A stretch of 64,000 nucleotides of DNA from Solirubrobacteraceae bacterium (GTDB lineage Bacteria; Actinomycetota; Thermoleophilia; Solirubrobacterales; Solirubrobacteraceae): positions 10,731-74,730 of the forward strand of contig DASZGH010000084.1 of the NCBI GenBank assembly GCA_035938935.1. The letters run 5' to 3'. Under the pieces are notes generated by a model that searched no databases, was not told the origin of the DNA, and saw only the letters and a program-made list of their open reading frames with translations. The position numbers and the translations under genes were made by a program. The stretch's first letter is position 1; every line of letters begins with the position of its first letter. Shown one piece after another: positions 48,764-60,046 of this stretch.

Positions 48764-50091
48764 GCCGTCCCCATCTTCTTGCAACCTGTCCGCGCCTCGC
48801 TCTCACGCGCGAGCAGATCGCCCACCAGGTACACCGAGCCGGTCGCGACGACGGCCGCGCCACCGCCGCGCGTCAGCGCCCACTCGCGCGCGCTCCGCAG
48901 AGCGCGCGCGGGGCTCGACTCGCAGACCGCCCGCTCGAAGCCGAGCTGGCGCGCCAGCGAGGCGAGCGCCGCCGGCGAGAGAGCGCGCGCGCTCGGGGGA
49001 GCGGTGAACCAGGCCCGCTGGAAGCGCGGGAGCAGCCGCGCGAGCATCGCGGCGGCGTCCTTGTCCTCGAGCACTCCCATCACCAGCGCGGCCTCGCGCC
49101 CGGCGAGCAGGTCGCCCAGCGCGTCGGCCAGCGCGTCGGCGGCGGGCGGATTGTGGGCGCCGTCGAGCACCGTCAGCGGGTCGTGGCCGACCACCTGCAG
49201 GCGGCCCGGCACCGAGACGCGCGCAGCGGCCGCGCGCACCTCCGACTCGCGCAGCTCGATCTGGGCTTGCTGCAGATACACCTCGGCGACGCGGCAAGCC
49301 AGTGCGAAGTTCTCGCGCTGGAACTCGCCCGGCGCAGCCAGTGCGAGCGCCGGCGAGGGCGGCTCGGCGAGGATCAGCTGCGCGCGGCGCTCGCTTGCCG
49401 CGGCGCTCGCCAGCTCCATCACCTCCTCCGGCAACCCGGCCGGCACGACCAGGGCCGAGCCCTCGCCGAGCACCGCCAGCTTCTCGGTGGCTATGTCGCG
49501 CACCGTCGGCCCAAGCCAGCGGGTGTGCTCCAGGCCGACGTTCGTCAGCGCCGCGACGCTGGAGTCGATCGCATTGGTGGCGTCAAAGCGCCCGCCGAGA
49601 CCGGCCTCGACGACGACGACCTGCACCTCGCGGCGCGCCAGCTCCCAGAAGGCGGCCGCGCTCATCAGCTCGAACTGGGTGACGTGATCGTCCTCGGCGA
49701 GCGTGCGGTTGACGCGCTCGGCGGCGTGCGCGGCGCGAGCGATCGCGGCCGCGAAGGCGTGTGTCTGGGCGTCTTGGCCTTCGACCTGCACGCGTTCGGC
49801 GTAGGAGACCAAGTGCGGCGAGGTGTAGCTGCCGACGCGCAGACCGTGGCCCTGAAGGATCGCGGCGATCATCCGCGTCGTCGAGGTCTTGCCGTTGGTG
49901 CCCACGATGTGGATGCTCTGAAAGCGCCGCTGCGGCGATCCGAGCGCGGTCATCATTCGCCGCATCCGGTCCAACCCGAAGCGCATGCCGAACAGCTCCA
50001 GCGAGCGCAGGTGACGCTCGGCGTGCTCGGGTGTCCACGCCGCGTCGGCGCGATCCCCACTGGTCATCGCCCGCGCAGCGCGGTCTCTCAT
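48760..50091 (-). CDS. folC: Folylpolyglutamate/dihydrofolate synthase
   Basis: GTNGKTST, TQFE, EAGLGGRFDATN, LDGAHN. Confidence 0.93.
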   Translation of the reverse strand: MRDRAARAMTSGDRADAAWTPEHAERHLRSLELFGMRFGLDRMRRMMTALGSPQRRFQSIHIVGTNGKTSTTRMIAAILQGHGLRVGSYTSPHLVSYAERVQVEGQDAQTHAFAAAIARAAHAAERVNRTLAEDDHVTQFELMSAAAFWELARREVQVVVVEAGLGGRFDATNAIDSSVAALTNVGLEHTRWLGPTVRDIATEKLAVLGEGSALVVPAGLPEEVMELASAAASERRAQLILAEPPSPALALAAPGEFQRENFALACRVAEVYLQQAQIELRESEVRAAAARVSVPGRLQVVGHDPLTVLDGAHNPPAADALADALGDLLAGREAALVMGVLEDKDAAAMLARLLPRFQRAWFTAPPSARALSPAALASLARQLGFERAVCESSPARALRSAREWALTRGGGAAVVATGSVYLVGDLLARESEARTGCKKMGTA

Positions 50092-52790
50092 AGCGCCTCC
50101 AGCTCCACTGTCAGCCGCCGCAGGCGCTCGCGCTCCCCCTCCACCACCGCCGCCGGCGCCTTGGCGAGGAAGCCGGGATTCTCGAGCTTGCCGCGTACGC
50201 GCTCGATCTCGGAGCGCAGCTTCTGCTCGGCTGCCGAGCGCCGCCGCTCGGCAGCGTCCAGGTCGAGCCCTTCGGCTGAGAGGATCTCGATCGTGCCGCC
50301 GGGGATCGCGACCGAAGCGACCGCCTGCCGCCGCGTGCTTGTCGCATCGCTCTGCACCGGCGGCGGCGACTGCGTGCCGGGCGTGTCAGTGTCCACCAGC
50401 GTCAATCGCGCCATGCGCGCGAGCAGCGGCGCGGTCGCCTCGTAGCCCGCGGCACACAGCCGCGCCGGGATGCTCGCCCCGGCACGCGCGCCAACCGAGT
50501 CGCGCCAACCGCGCACCGCGACCGTCGCCTCGATCGCGCGCTCGAGCTCGACCTCGGCTTCCAGGTCCGCGAGCGAGCCATCCGCGCGCGGATAGGCGCA
50601 GCCGGCAAGCAGCCCGTTAGAATCGTCGAGGTAGCGCCACAGCTCCTCGGTCACGAACGGGATCACGGGATGGGCCAGCGCGACCGTCTGGCGCAACACG
50701 TACAGCAGCGTCGCGGCGAGCGCTTCGCGCGACCGACAGTCCGCGTCGTCGCCTTCGCCGCCGTCGCGGTCTCCCAGCCGGTGCTTGACCAGCTCCAGAT
50801 ACCAGTCGCACAGCTCGCCGTAGACGAAGTCGTAGAGCCCGAGCGCGGCGTGGGAGAAGTCGTAGTCCTCGATCCGCGCGGCCGTGTCGGTCTCGATCTG
50901 CACCAGTCGCGAGAGGATCCAGCGGTCCTCGACCGTGCTCGGCAGCGGCTCGGGCTCGAGCTCGGCCGCAGCCTCTGCACCGAGGCTTGCGTGGACCCGC
51001 AGCAGGGCGAAGCGGGTCGCGTTGAACAGCTTGTTGGCGAGCGCCTGGCCCTGCTGGACCTTTTCCGCGGAATAGCGGACGTCCTGCGTCGAGGACATGG
51101 CCAGCAACCCGAAGCGCACGGCGTCGGCGCCGTGGCGCTCGATCTCCCGCAGCGGGTCGATGCCGGTCCCGAGCGACTTGGACATGCGCCGGCCGTCGGG
51201 TGCCTGAATGACCGAGTGGATGTAGACGTCGGAGAACGGCGGGCGGCCGGTCAGCTCAATCCCCATCATGATCATCCGCGCCACCCACAGGAACAGGATG
51301 TCGCGCGCCGTCGAGAGCACGTCGGTGGGATAGAAGGCCTGGAGCTCAGGCGTCTGCTCCGGCCAGCCCAGCGTCGCGAACGGCCACAGCGCCGAGGAGA
51401 ACCAGGTGTCGAGCACGTCCTCCTCCTGGCGCAGGCGTCCGCCGCACTCAGAGCAGCCGTCGGGCTCGCTCACCGCGACGTTGACGTGCGCGCACGTCTC
51501 GCAGTAGTAGACCGGGAGACGGTGGCCCCACCACAGCTGGCGCGAGATACACCACGGGCGGATCGCCGCCATCCAGTCCAGGTACACGCGCCGGTGGTTG
51601 TCGGGGACGATGCGCACATCGCCGTCGAGCACGGCTCGGATCGCCGGCTTTGAGAGCGCTGTCATGTCCATGAACCACTGCAGCGAGATCAGCGGCTCGA
51701 TCCGCTCCCCGGAACGATGGGAATAGGGGACTTCGTGCTCGTAGAGATCGCGAGCGACGATCCTGCCCTCCTCCTCCAGCGCGGCGACCACGGCCTCGCG
51801 CGCCTGCATCACCGCCAGCCCGGCGAAGCGCTCGCCCGCCTCCGCCGTCATGCGGCCATCCTCGCCGATCACCGAGACCTGGTCGAGGTCGTGACGGCGG
51901 CCGATCTCGAAGTCGTTGGGATCGTGCGCCGGGGTGATCTTCAGCTGCCCGGTGCCGAAGTCCATCTTCACGTACTCGTCGGCGACGATCGGCAGGTGGC
52001 GACCGACGAGCGGCAGGATTGCCTTGCGCCCCACCAGGTCGCGGTAGCGCTCGTCGTCGGGGTGCACGGCCACCGCGGTGTCGCCTAGCATCGTCTCCGG
52101 GCGCACGGTTGCGATCGTCACGCTACCGCCGCCGTCGAGGTCGTAGCGGATCGAGTACAGCGTGTCGGTCTCGCGCCGCTCCTGCACCTCCAGGTCGGAT
52201 ATAGCCGAGCGGCTGCCCGGGTCCCAGTTGACGATGTAGCGATCACGGTAGATCCAGCCCTTCTCATAGAGGCGCACGAACACGTCGGCCACCGCGCGGG
52301 CATAGCCCTCGTCGAGCGTGAAGCGCTCTTCGGCGTAGTCGCAGGAGGCGCCGAGTCGCTTGAACTGCTCGACGATCGTGTGCCCGTAGTGCTCGCGCCA
52401 CTCCCAGGCGCGCGCCACGAACGCCTCGCGCCCGATCTTATGACGGCTCGTACCCTCGGCGGCCAGCGCCTTCTCGACCTGGGCCTGCGTTGCGATGCCG
52501 GCGTGGTCGGTGCCGAGGATCCACTTCGTGCGCGAGCACGGCGAGAGCGCTGCTGCCTTCATCCGGTGGTAGCGAATCAGCACGTCCTGGATCGACCCGT
52601 TGAGCGCGTGCCCCATGTGCAGCGAGCCGGTGACGTTCGGCGGGGGTATCGCGATCGAATAGTTCTCGCACGCGTCGCCCTCCGGCGCCGGATGAAACAG
52701 CCCGCTGGCAAGCCAGCGCTCGAAGATCCGCGACTCGACCTCGGCCGGGTCGAAGCGGGTGCGGGTCTCGAGTTCTGCGATATCGCTCAT
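50088..52790 (-). CDS. valS: Valine--tRNA ligase
   Basis: PPPNVTGSLHMGH, WCISRQLWWGH, RMSKS, C-terminal coiled coil. Confidence 0.97.
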   Translation of the reverse strand: MSDIAELETRTRFDPAEVESRIFERWLASGLFHPAPEGDACENYSIAIPPPNVTGSLHMGHALNGSIQDVLIRYHRMKAAALSPCSRTKWILGTDHAGIATQAQVEKALAAEGTSRHKIGREAFVARAWEWREHYGHTIVEQFKRLGASCDYAEERFTLDEGYARAVADVFVRLYEKGWIYRDRYIVNWDPGSRSAISDLEVQERRETDTLYSIRYDLDGGGSVTIATVRPETMLGDTAVAVHPDDERYRDLVGRKAILPLVGRHLPIVADEYVKMDFGTGQLKITPAHDPNDFEIGRRHDLDQVSVIGEDGRMTAEAGERFAGLAVMQAREAVVAALEEEGRIVARDLYEHEVPYSHRSGERIEPLISLQWFMDMTALSKPAIRAVLDGDVRIVPDNHRRVYLDWMAAIRPWCISRQLWWGHRLPVYYCETCAHVNVAVSEPDGCSECGGRLRQEEDVLDTWFSSALWPFATLGWPEQTPELQAFYPTDVLSTARDILFLWVARMIMMGIELTGRPPFSDVYIHSVIQAPDGRRMSKSLGTGIDPLREIERHGADAVRFGLLAMSSTQDVRYSAEKVQQGQALANKLFNATRFALLRVHASLGAEAAAELEPEPLPSTVEDRWILSRLVQIETDTAARIEDYDFSHAALGLYDFVYGELCDWYLELVKHRLGDRDGGEGDDADCRSREALAATLLYVLRQTVALAHPVIPFVTEELWRYLDDSNGLLAGCAYPRADGSLADLEAEVELERAIEATVAVRGWRDSVGARAGASIPARLCAAGYEATAPLLARMARLTLVDTDTPGTQSPPPVQSDATSTRRQAVASVAIPGGTIEILSAEGLDLDAAERRRSAAEQKLRSEIERVRGKLENPGFLAKAPAAVVEGERERLRRLTVELEAL

Positions 52791-52844
52791 CGGAGCGATG
52801 AGTGTACGCGCGCGGTGGCGAGATCCTTGGGGTGGGCCCCTGCG

Positions 52845-53495
52845 CTACTGCGCCAGGCCGCCGAAGATCGCGAACGGCCGGGCGGGCGCTGTCACCTCTG
52901 CCCAGGCGTCCGAGGCGTCACCCTCGACCTCGATCTCGCTCTCCCCGGGCGCCTCGGCGCGCAGGCGCCCGGCCAGCGCGCGGGCGTCGTCCTCGTCGCG
53001 CGCGCCGAGCTGGACGTGGCGCCAGTGGCGTCGTAGCGGATAGCCCTCTGACTCCAGCCGCTCGGCGAATTCGCGGGCGTCGTGGTGGGTGGGAAGCGTC
53101 ACGCGCACTTCCCACTCGGGGTGGCCGGCCGCTTCTGACTCCTCGGTCTCTGTCTGCTCCAGCCGCTCATGCTCGATTGCGTGCTCGGCGGGCGTGGCGG
53201 GAAGCGGCGCCGAGCTGTCCTCCCAGCGCTCCTCCTCGGGGTGCCAGCGGCGGGCGGCGGGGGTCCCGTCTATTCCCAGCTTGGCGAGTGTCGCCTCGAG
53301 CGCCGCCTGGGCGCTGGTGGCGTCCTCGGCGGAGTCGGCGTACACGAACACGTGTCCGTGCTCATGGCTTACGGCCACGTGCTTGGGCGAGGGCACGTCG
53401 CCGAGCGCACCGCGCTGCAGCGACCCGAGCGCGTCGAGCAGCTCATGCGTTCGCTCGCGCGGAACTTCCACCTCGATGCGGAATTCGTCGTGCAC
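52845..53495 (-). CDS. Acidic hypothetical protein with two ferredoxin-like beta-alpha-beta repeats
   Basis: Good coding pattern; lies between clpX and valS. Confidence 0.65.
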   Translation of the reverse strand: MHDEFRIEVEVPRERTHELLDALGSLQRGALGDVPSPKHVAVSHEHGHVFVYADSAEDATSAQAALEATLAKLGIDGTPAARRWHPEEERWEDSSAPLPATPAEHAIEHERLEQTETEESEAAGHPEWEVRVTLPTHHDAREFAERLESEGYPLRRHWRHVQLGARDEDDARALAGRLRAEAPGESEIEVEGDASDAWAEVTAPARPFAIFGGLAQ

Positions 53496-53504
53496 GTCGG
53501 GCGG

Positions 53505-54785
<1,281 letters not shown>

Positions 54786-54820
54786 TTCGAGTCTCTCCTG
54801 TCGACCGCTTCCTACTCAGC

Positions 54821-55405
54821 CTAGTGTTCGGTGATGACTCGGTCGATGATTCCGTACTCCACGGCCTCTTCCGAGGACATGAAGTAGTCGCGCTCGGTGT
54901 CCTTGGAGACCTGGTCAAGCTTCTTGCCGGTGTGCTTGGCGATGATCTCATCCAGCCGTTTGCGCACGTCGATGATCTCCTTGGCGTGGATCTCGATGTC
55001 CGTCGCCTGCCCCTGGAAGCTCGATGAGACTTGGTGGATGAGGATCTTCGCGTTGGGCAGCGCCATCCGCTTGCCCTTGGCGCCGCCTGCCAAGAGCAGC
55101 GCTCCCATCGACATCGCGATGCCGACGCAGATCGTCTGCACGTCGGGCTTGATGAACTGCATCGTGTCGTAGATCGCAAGCCCGGCATAAACCGAGCCGC
55201 CGGGCGAGTTGACGTACAGCGAGACGTCCTTGGTGGGATCCTCGGACTCCAGGTGCAGAAGCTGGGCGACGATCAGGTTGGCGATCTGGTCGTCGACGGG
55301 CGTCCCTAGGAAGATGATGCGCTCGTTGAGCAAACGCGAGTAGATGTCAAAGGCGCGCTCGCCGCGTGAGGTCTGCTCGACGACCATCGGTACCAGGGGA
55401 CTCAT
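54821..55405 (-). CDS. clpP: Clp protease proteolytic subunit
   Basis: [22 protein letters not shown]. Confidence 0.97.
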   Translation of the reverse strand: MSPLVPMVVEQTSRGERAFDIYSRLLNERIIFLGTPVDDQIANLIVAQLLHLESEDPTKDVSLYVNSPGGSVYAGLAIYDTMQFIKPDVQTICVGIAMSMGALLLAGGAKGKRMALPNAKILIHQVSSSFQGQATDIEIHAKEIIDVRKRLDEIIAKHTGKKLDQVSKDTERDYFMSSEEAVEYGIIDRVITEH

Positions 55406-55535
55406 GCTCTGCTCACTCTCGTCGCTTTGATCGTCGCTCTCACCGCAGCCCGGTCTCCCGCGCGGTCGTGGTCCTCGCTTCAGTTTCGCCTCGCCGCCCG
55501 GATTCCTCCTGCCCGCGAGCGAGCTCGTCTCAAGG

Positions 55536-56972
55536 CTAGCGGCCCGGAGTCCAAAGTCGCGCTGGCGGGGAATCGGACCCGCCCGCGAGCTCACCCGCGG
55601 CCGCGGCCTCCCGCTGCTCAGATTCCGGCGTCCACAGCTTCTCGCGCGCCTGGGCGAGCTCGACCGGGATCGGCTTTGCCTCGGCGGCGATCAGCTCGAC
55701 GGCCTGTCGCGCCGCCAAATCGTCGGTCAAATCCCCCAGTCGCCCATTGGCGCGCAACTGGTCGAGCACCCCTTGGGGTTGCAACCCCTCGCGCTCGGCC
55801 GTCGGCGCCACCGCATCGAGCAGCTCCTGCTCGCTCGGGACGATCTGCTCAGCCTCCACGATCGCCGCGATCACTGCTTCGCGACGCAGCGACTGCTCCG
55901 CCTCGGGCTGCAGCTCGGACAAAAGGTCGTCCTCGTCGCGCCCGGTGATCTTCAGGTACGCCTCGCGCGAGATGCCTCGATGCGAGAGCGAGTGCAGCAT
56001 CCGGCCCCACATCTCGCGCGCCTTGGCTCCCACCAGCGCCTCGGGCGTCTGCACCTGCGCCCCTGTGGCTGCGGCGTCCAGCGCCGCCTCGCGAAACTCG
56101 GCGTCCACCTGCTTTTCGACCGCCTCGCCGAGGCGCGCACGGATGTCCTCGCGCAGCTCCGCGACCGAGTCGAACCCCATGTCCACGGCGAAGTCCTCGT
56201 CCACCTCCGGCAGCAGCTTCTGCTTGATCTCCTTCGCCGTCACCGCGAACGTCGCATCGGCGCCGGCGAGCTCCTCGTTGGGATAATCGACGGGGAAGGT
56301 CGTCTCGATCGAGCGCGTCTCGCCCGCGGCGATCCCGGTCAGCCCCTCCTCGAAGCCGGGGATCAGGTTGCCTGAGCCGAGCTCGACCAGCTGGTCGCGG
56401 CCCTCGCCGCCCTCGAAGGGCTCGCCACCAGTCGAGCCGACGTAGTCGGCCACGACGAAATCGCCCGCCGCGGCCGGACGGTCGACCGTCTCCAGACGGG
56501 CCAGCCGCTCGCGCAGCCCGTCGATCTCGCGCGAGACCTCATCCTCGTCGACCGACGCATCGCGACGAGCGACCTCGAGGCCCTTGTACTGACCGAGCGT
56601 GGCGCGCGGAAGCACGCCGATCTCGATCGAGAACTGAAGCGCCGCCCCCTGCTTGGGCAGGTCAGCCAGGTCGAGCGTCGGGTCGCCGACCGTGGCGATG
56701 CCGGCGGCGTCGATCGCATCCGCGTACCAGTCGCCGAGCGTGTCGCGCACGGCCTCCTCGAGTACCGCCTCGCGGCCGACGCGCTGGATCACCAGCGGCG
56801 CCGGCACCTTGCCGCGGCGAAAGCCGGGGAACTTCATTTCGCGACCGAGCTGGCGCGCCTTGCGCTCAAGGCGCGACTCGATCTCGGCGGGCGCCACCTC
56901 GACCTGTACGCGCACCCGCGACTCGGGCAACTCTGTCACGGTCGTCTTCAGAGCGGTGGTGTCGGGAGTCAA
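55536..56972 (-). CDS. tig: Trigger factor; 5' end interrupted by palindromic element
   Basis: [13 protein letters not shown] domain (FEGG, IPGFEE, FPVDY); first in-frame start is a TTG inside the element stem. Confidence 0.93.
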   Translation of the reverse strand: MTPDTTALKTTVTELPESRVRVQVEVAPAEIESRLERKARQLGREMKFPGFRRGKVPAPLVIQRVGREAVLEEAVRDTLGDWYADAIDAAGIATVGDPTLDLADLPKQGAALQFSIEIGVLPRATLGQYKGLEVARRDASVDEDEVSREIDGLRERLARLETVDRPAAAGDFVVADYVGSTGGEPFEGGEGRDQLVELGSGNLIPGFEEGLTGIAAGETRSIETTFPVDYPNEELAGADATFAVTAKEIKQKLLPEVDEDFAVDMGFDSVAELREDIRARLGEAVEKQVDAEFREAALDAAATGAQVQTPEALVGAKAREMWGRMLHSLSHRGISREAYLKITGRDEDDLLSELQPEAEQSLRREAVIAAIVEAEQIVPSEQELLDAVAPTAEREGLQPQGVLDQLRANGRLGDLTDDLAARQAVELIAAEAKPIPVELAQAREKLWTPESEQREAAAAGELAGGSDSPPARLWTPGR

Positions 56973-57121
56973 GAGTTCGGTGAGGGTTTGCCGGGTGTAC
57001 GGGGGTGTCTGACGTTCCCCGTCGGACGTGCGCGTACCGGATAGTACGTGTGCGGACGAAGGGGGACGTCAGACGCGCCCAGACGCCGGCAAACGCCGCC
57101 GAACTCTTGACTCCCGACACC
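56958..57121. repeat. 162-164-bp rod-like palindromic element, copy 2
   Basis: Perfect 23-bp terminal IR GGTGTCGGGAGTCAAGAGTTCGG / CCGAACTCTTGACTCCCGACACC; near-continuous internal pairing. Confidence 0.88.
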
Positions 57122-57134
57122 CGGCACGGCTGCC

Positions 57135-57140
57135 ACGATA
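57135..57140 (-). promoter_or_regulatory. Putative -10 box of a leaderless tig transcript
   Basis: TATCGT, 7 nt, then GTG CCG on the minus strand just outside the element. Confidence 0.5.
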
Positions 57141-57254
57141 CCGTGCGCCGCGATGAGCAAGCGCGCATGCTGCCCGAGCCACGATCGCCCGAATCGGCGA
57201 TCGGCTCACCCTCTCGAGACGTGGCTGTGGACCGGCCCGGTCGGCCACCTGCTC

Positions 57255-57288
57255 GGAGGAGCGCTCGACTTCGCCGAAGCGCTCCTCC
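57255..57288 (-). terminator. GC-rich hairpin, possible terminator of the USP gene
   Basis: 11-bp stem GGAGGAGCGCT/AGCGCTCCTCC; no U-tract. Confidence 0.4.
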
Positions 57289-57324
57289 TCTATTACAGGG
57301 CTAGCCGAAGGGCTCGCTAGCTCG

Positions 57325-58002
57325 CTAAATCGTCGCCAGCGCGCCGCCGAAGGACAGCGTCCGACCGTGGGGCACCACCAGCACCGGGCAGGTGGCGATC
57401 TCGATCAGATTCTCGCTGGCCGCGCTGATCGACACGCGCCCGTCCTCTGCCTCCGGCCGCGAGCCGACCACCAGCGCGTCGACGCTGTGATGGTCAGCGG
57501 CCACGACCTCGGCGCCGAGCGCGCGGGCAAGCGCCTCGGCGGTCGCCTGCGCGCCTCCGTCGCCGACGACGCCGACGTTATGCACGCCGCCGCTCGCCTT
57601 GGCAAAGCCGGCCGGCGCGATCGCTACCGCGACCGGGCCGCCCTCGAGCAGGCGTTGCGCGGAGTTGCCGACGGCAACGTGGCCCTGGGCGGTATGGGAG
57701 TCAGAGCAGAACACGATCGCCTCGGCGCCGATGCGCTCGGCCAGGGCGCGCAGGCCGTCGGGCGTAGAGCGGTCGGTGATCACGTGGCGTGCGACCTCGC
57801 TGTCGCCGAGCAGCTCGGCCCCGCGCTGCAGCAGCTCCTCAGCCTCGTGCTGGGCGAGGATCTCGCGGCTGGTCTCCTCTTCGGGGGCGTGGCGGACATA
57901 GGCGAGTGAGACCTCGGCGCCTGCCTGAGCGAAGACGCGGCCGAGCGCGACCGCGTCGTCCTCGTTGTAGGTGCCGTCGTAAGAGATGACGATGTCGGAC
58001 AT
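57325..58002 (-). CDS. Universal stress protein (second domain shortened)
   Basis: IVISYDG, AIVFCS, GNSAQRLL, ALVVGS...CPVLVVP. Confidence 0.82.
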   Translation of the reverse strand: MSDIVISYDGTYNEDDAVALGRVFAQAGAEVSLAYVRHAPEEETSREILAQHEAEELLQRGAELLGDSEVARHVITDRSTPDGLRALAERIGAEAIVFCSDSHTAQGHVAVGNSAQRLLEGGPVAVAIAPAGFAKASGGVHNVGVVGDGGAQATAEALARALGAEVVAADHHSVDALVVGSRPEAEDGRVSISAASENLIEIATCPVLVVPHGRTLSFGGALATI

Positions 58003-58135
58003 TTGGGGCTCTTTCTCTTGTGCTTCGCCCGGCTGTGGGGCGCCGGCTGGATGGCGATCGTTCCTTGATGCACGATCTCGGTTTGGCTTCGCTATGAGTG
58101 TGCCCACCACCTGCCGCCGGCTCCACTCAACTTCG

Positions 58136-58150
58136 TTATCTGAGCTATAA
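58136..58150. promoter_or_regulatory. LysR-type T-N11-A box
   Basis: TTAT-CTGAGCT-ATAA palindrome between divergent usp and lysR genes. Confidence 0.55.
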
Positions 58151-58159
58151 GGAGCGCTA

Positions 58160-59125
58160 ATGCTCAACGTCGGGCGCTTGCGAGTGCTGGTCGAGGTCGC
58201 CGAGCGCGGCTCGTTCTCGGCCGCGGCCGAAGCTCTGTCCTACACGCAGTCTGCCGTCTCCCAACAGGTGGCGACGCTTGAGGCCGAAGCCGGCGTGACG
58301 CTGCTGGAGCGCCATGCGCGCGGCGTGCGTCTCACCCCCGCCGGGGGGGTGCTGCGCGAGCACGCCGAGGGGGTGCTCGCGCGTCTGGAGTCCGCCGAGG
58401 CCGAGCTGGCCGCGATCGCGGGGCTGCGCGCCGGCAGGCTGCGGATGGCTTCCTTCCCAACCGCCGGGGCGACGTTGATGCCGCTTGCGATCGCCACTTT
58501 CAAAGCGGCGCACCCTGATGTGCAGATGACACTGGCCGAGGGTGAGCCCGAGCAGATCGCACCGCGCCTACGCGCGGGCGAGCTCGATCTCGCGCTGCTG
58601 TTCGAGTTCGACGAGCCACTGGAGGGCATGGACAGCCTCAGCCGCGTCGAGCTGCTCTCAGACCCCATGTACCTGGCCCTGCCCGGCAAGCATCCGCTGG
58701 CGGGCAAGGGCGACCTGCGGCTGGAGGATCTGCGCGGCGAGGCGTGGGTGCAGACATCGCGCGAGAGCCCGTGCGCCCGCCACGTCGTGCGCTGCTGCCA
58801 CGCCGCCGGGTTCGAGCCGAACGTCGCGTTCGAGAGCGACGACTACCAGACGGTACAGGGGCTCGTGGCCGCCGGCGTCGGCGTCGCGCTGATTCCCGAG
58901 CTGGCTCTGTCGGTCGTGCGCGAGGACATCGCGATCAGGGCCCTCTCCCCTGCGCCGCCTCAGCGTCAGGTGTTCGCGGCCGCGCCCGCGGACGCGCGGC
59001 TGAGCCCGGCGACGCCGGCGATGATCGAGATTTTGAAGGAGGCGTCGCGCGGCTACGAGCACCAGGGGAAGCGCACGGCGCCCAGCTACGAGAGCCAGGG
59101 AAAGCGGACCTCCCCCAGCGTCTGA
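58160..59125 (+). CDS. LysR-family transcriptional regulator
   Basis: GSFSAAAEALSYTQSAVSQQV, RLTPAG, GELDLAL. Confidence 0.95.
   Translation: MLNVGRLRVLVEVAERGSFSAAAEALSYTQSAVSQQVATLEAEAGVTLLERHARGVRLTPAGGVLREHAEGVLARLESAEAELAAIAGLRAGRLRMASFPTAGATLMPLAIATFKAAHPDVQMTLAEGEPEQIAPRLRAGELDLALLFEFDEPLEGMDSLSRVELLSDPMYLALPGKHPLAGKGDLRLEDLRGEAWVQTSRESPCARHVVRCCHAAGFEPNVAFESDDYQTVQGLVAAGVGVALIPELALSVVREDIAIRALSPAPPQRQVFAAAPADARLSPATPAMIEILKEASRGYEHQGKRTAPSYESQGKRTSPSV
59053..59118. repeat. 33-bp imperfect tandem duplication at the lysR/murB overlap
   Basis: CTACGAGCACCAGGGGAAGCGCACGGCGCCCAG then CTACGAGAGCCAGGGAAAGCGGACCTCCCCCAG. Confidence 0.75.
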
Positions 59126-59994
59126 ACCTCGGGCTCGAGCTTGATCCCGAAGCGCTCGATTACACGCCTGCGCCCCTCATCCATCAGCGCGACGATCTCC
59201 GCAGTGCTAGCAGAGCCCGTGTTCTCGATGAAGTTGGCGTGCTTTGGCGAGAATCGCGCGCCGCCGATCTCGAGCCCGTTGCAGCCTGCCTCGGCCAGGA
59301 GCAGCCCCGCCGTCCGACCTATGGCACGGGAATCCTCCGGGTTCTTGAAGGTCGAGCCGAACGTCTTGATCCCCTGCGGCTGGGCCTCGTGGCGGCGCGA
59401 GCGCATCTGCGCAAGCGTGGCCTTGACCGTGTCCGGATCAGAGCCCGAGAGCGCGAAGCGAGCCCGCGCGACGATCTCCCCCTCTTGCAGATTGGAGCTG
59501 CGGTAAGCGAACCCGAGCTCGGCCGGCACCCGGCGAGTGGACCCTTGTGCGCTCACGATCAGGGCCCACTCCAATACGCGCGCGAGCTGGCCGCCGTAAG
59601 CGTTCGCGTTCATCCGCACCGCACCTCCGACGGTCCCCGGGATGTTGACGCCAAACTCGATCCCGGCCAGCCCCGCGCGCGCCGCCTCGGCGGCGACGGC
59701 CGGCAGTCGCACCCCTCCCCCGCACTCGATCGCCGCGCCGTCGCGCTCGATCCGCGCCAGCTCGCGGTCGAGCTTGAGCACGAGCCCGCGGACGCCCTCG
59801 TCAGCGACGAGCAAATTCGAGCCCGAGCCGACGACGCTTACCGCAGTCCGCTCGCCCGCGGCCCAGGCGACCAGCTCGGCCAGCTCGGCCTCGCTGCCGG
59901 CACGGGCGAACAGCTCGGCCGGCCCACCCGTACGAACTGTCGCCAGCCGCGCAAGCGGATAGCGCTCACGGACCGCCGCCGGGCGCACGCTCAC
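59086..59994 (-). CDS. murB: UDP-N-acetylmuramate dehydrogenase
   Basis: GSGSNLL, IPGTVGGA..MNA, FAYRSS, GSTFKNP, KHANF. Confidence 0.93.
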   Translation of the reverse strand: MSVRPAAVRERYPLARLATVRTGGPAELFARAGSEAELAELVAWAAGERTAVSVVGSGSNLLVADEGVRGLVLKLDRELARIERDGAAIECGGGVRLPAVAAEAARAGLAGIEFGVNIPGTVGGAVRMNANAYGGQLARVLEWALIVSAQGSTRRVPAELGFAYRSSNLQEGEIVARARFALSGSDPDTVKATLAQMRSRRHEAQPQGIKTFGSTFKNPEDSRAIGRTAGLLLAEAGCNGLEIGGARFSPKHANFIENTGSASTAEIVALMDEGRRRVIERFGIKLEPEVQTLGEVRFPWLS

Positions 59995-60046
59995 CGTCCG
60001 ACCCCCCAACTGGCCGCGGACGCAAGCCCGCGCCGGCAACGCCTGC

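Noticed and set aside
50330-52570. Short insertions in ValS (AAALSPCS; TPGTQSPPPVQ), and similar ones in ProA and Obg
   Set aside because: Low-complexity loop expansions with no shared sequence and no intein or palindrome signature.
56958-57121. Classical target-site duplication, or T4 gene 60-style ribosomal bypass, for element copy 2
   Set aside because: Flanks (CGGG versus CCAC) do not match, and no matched take-off/landing codon pair with an adjacent stop restores the frame.
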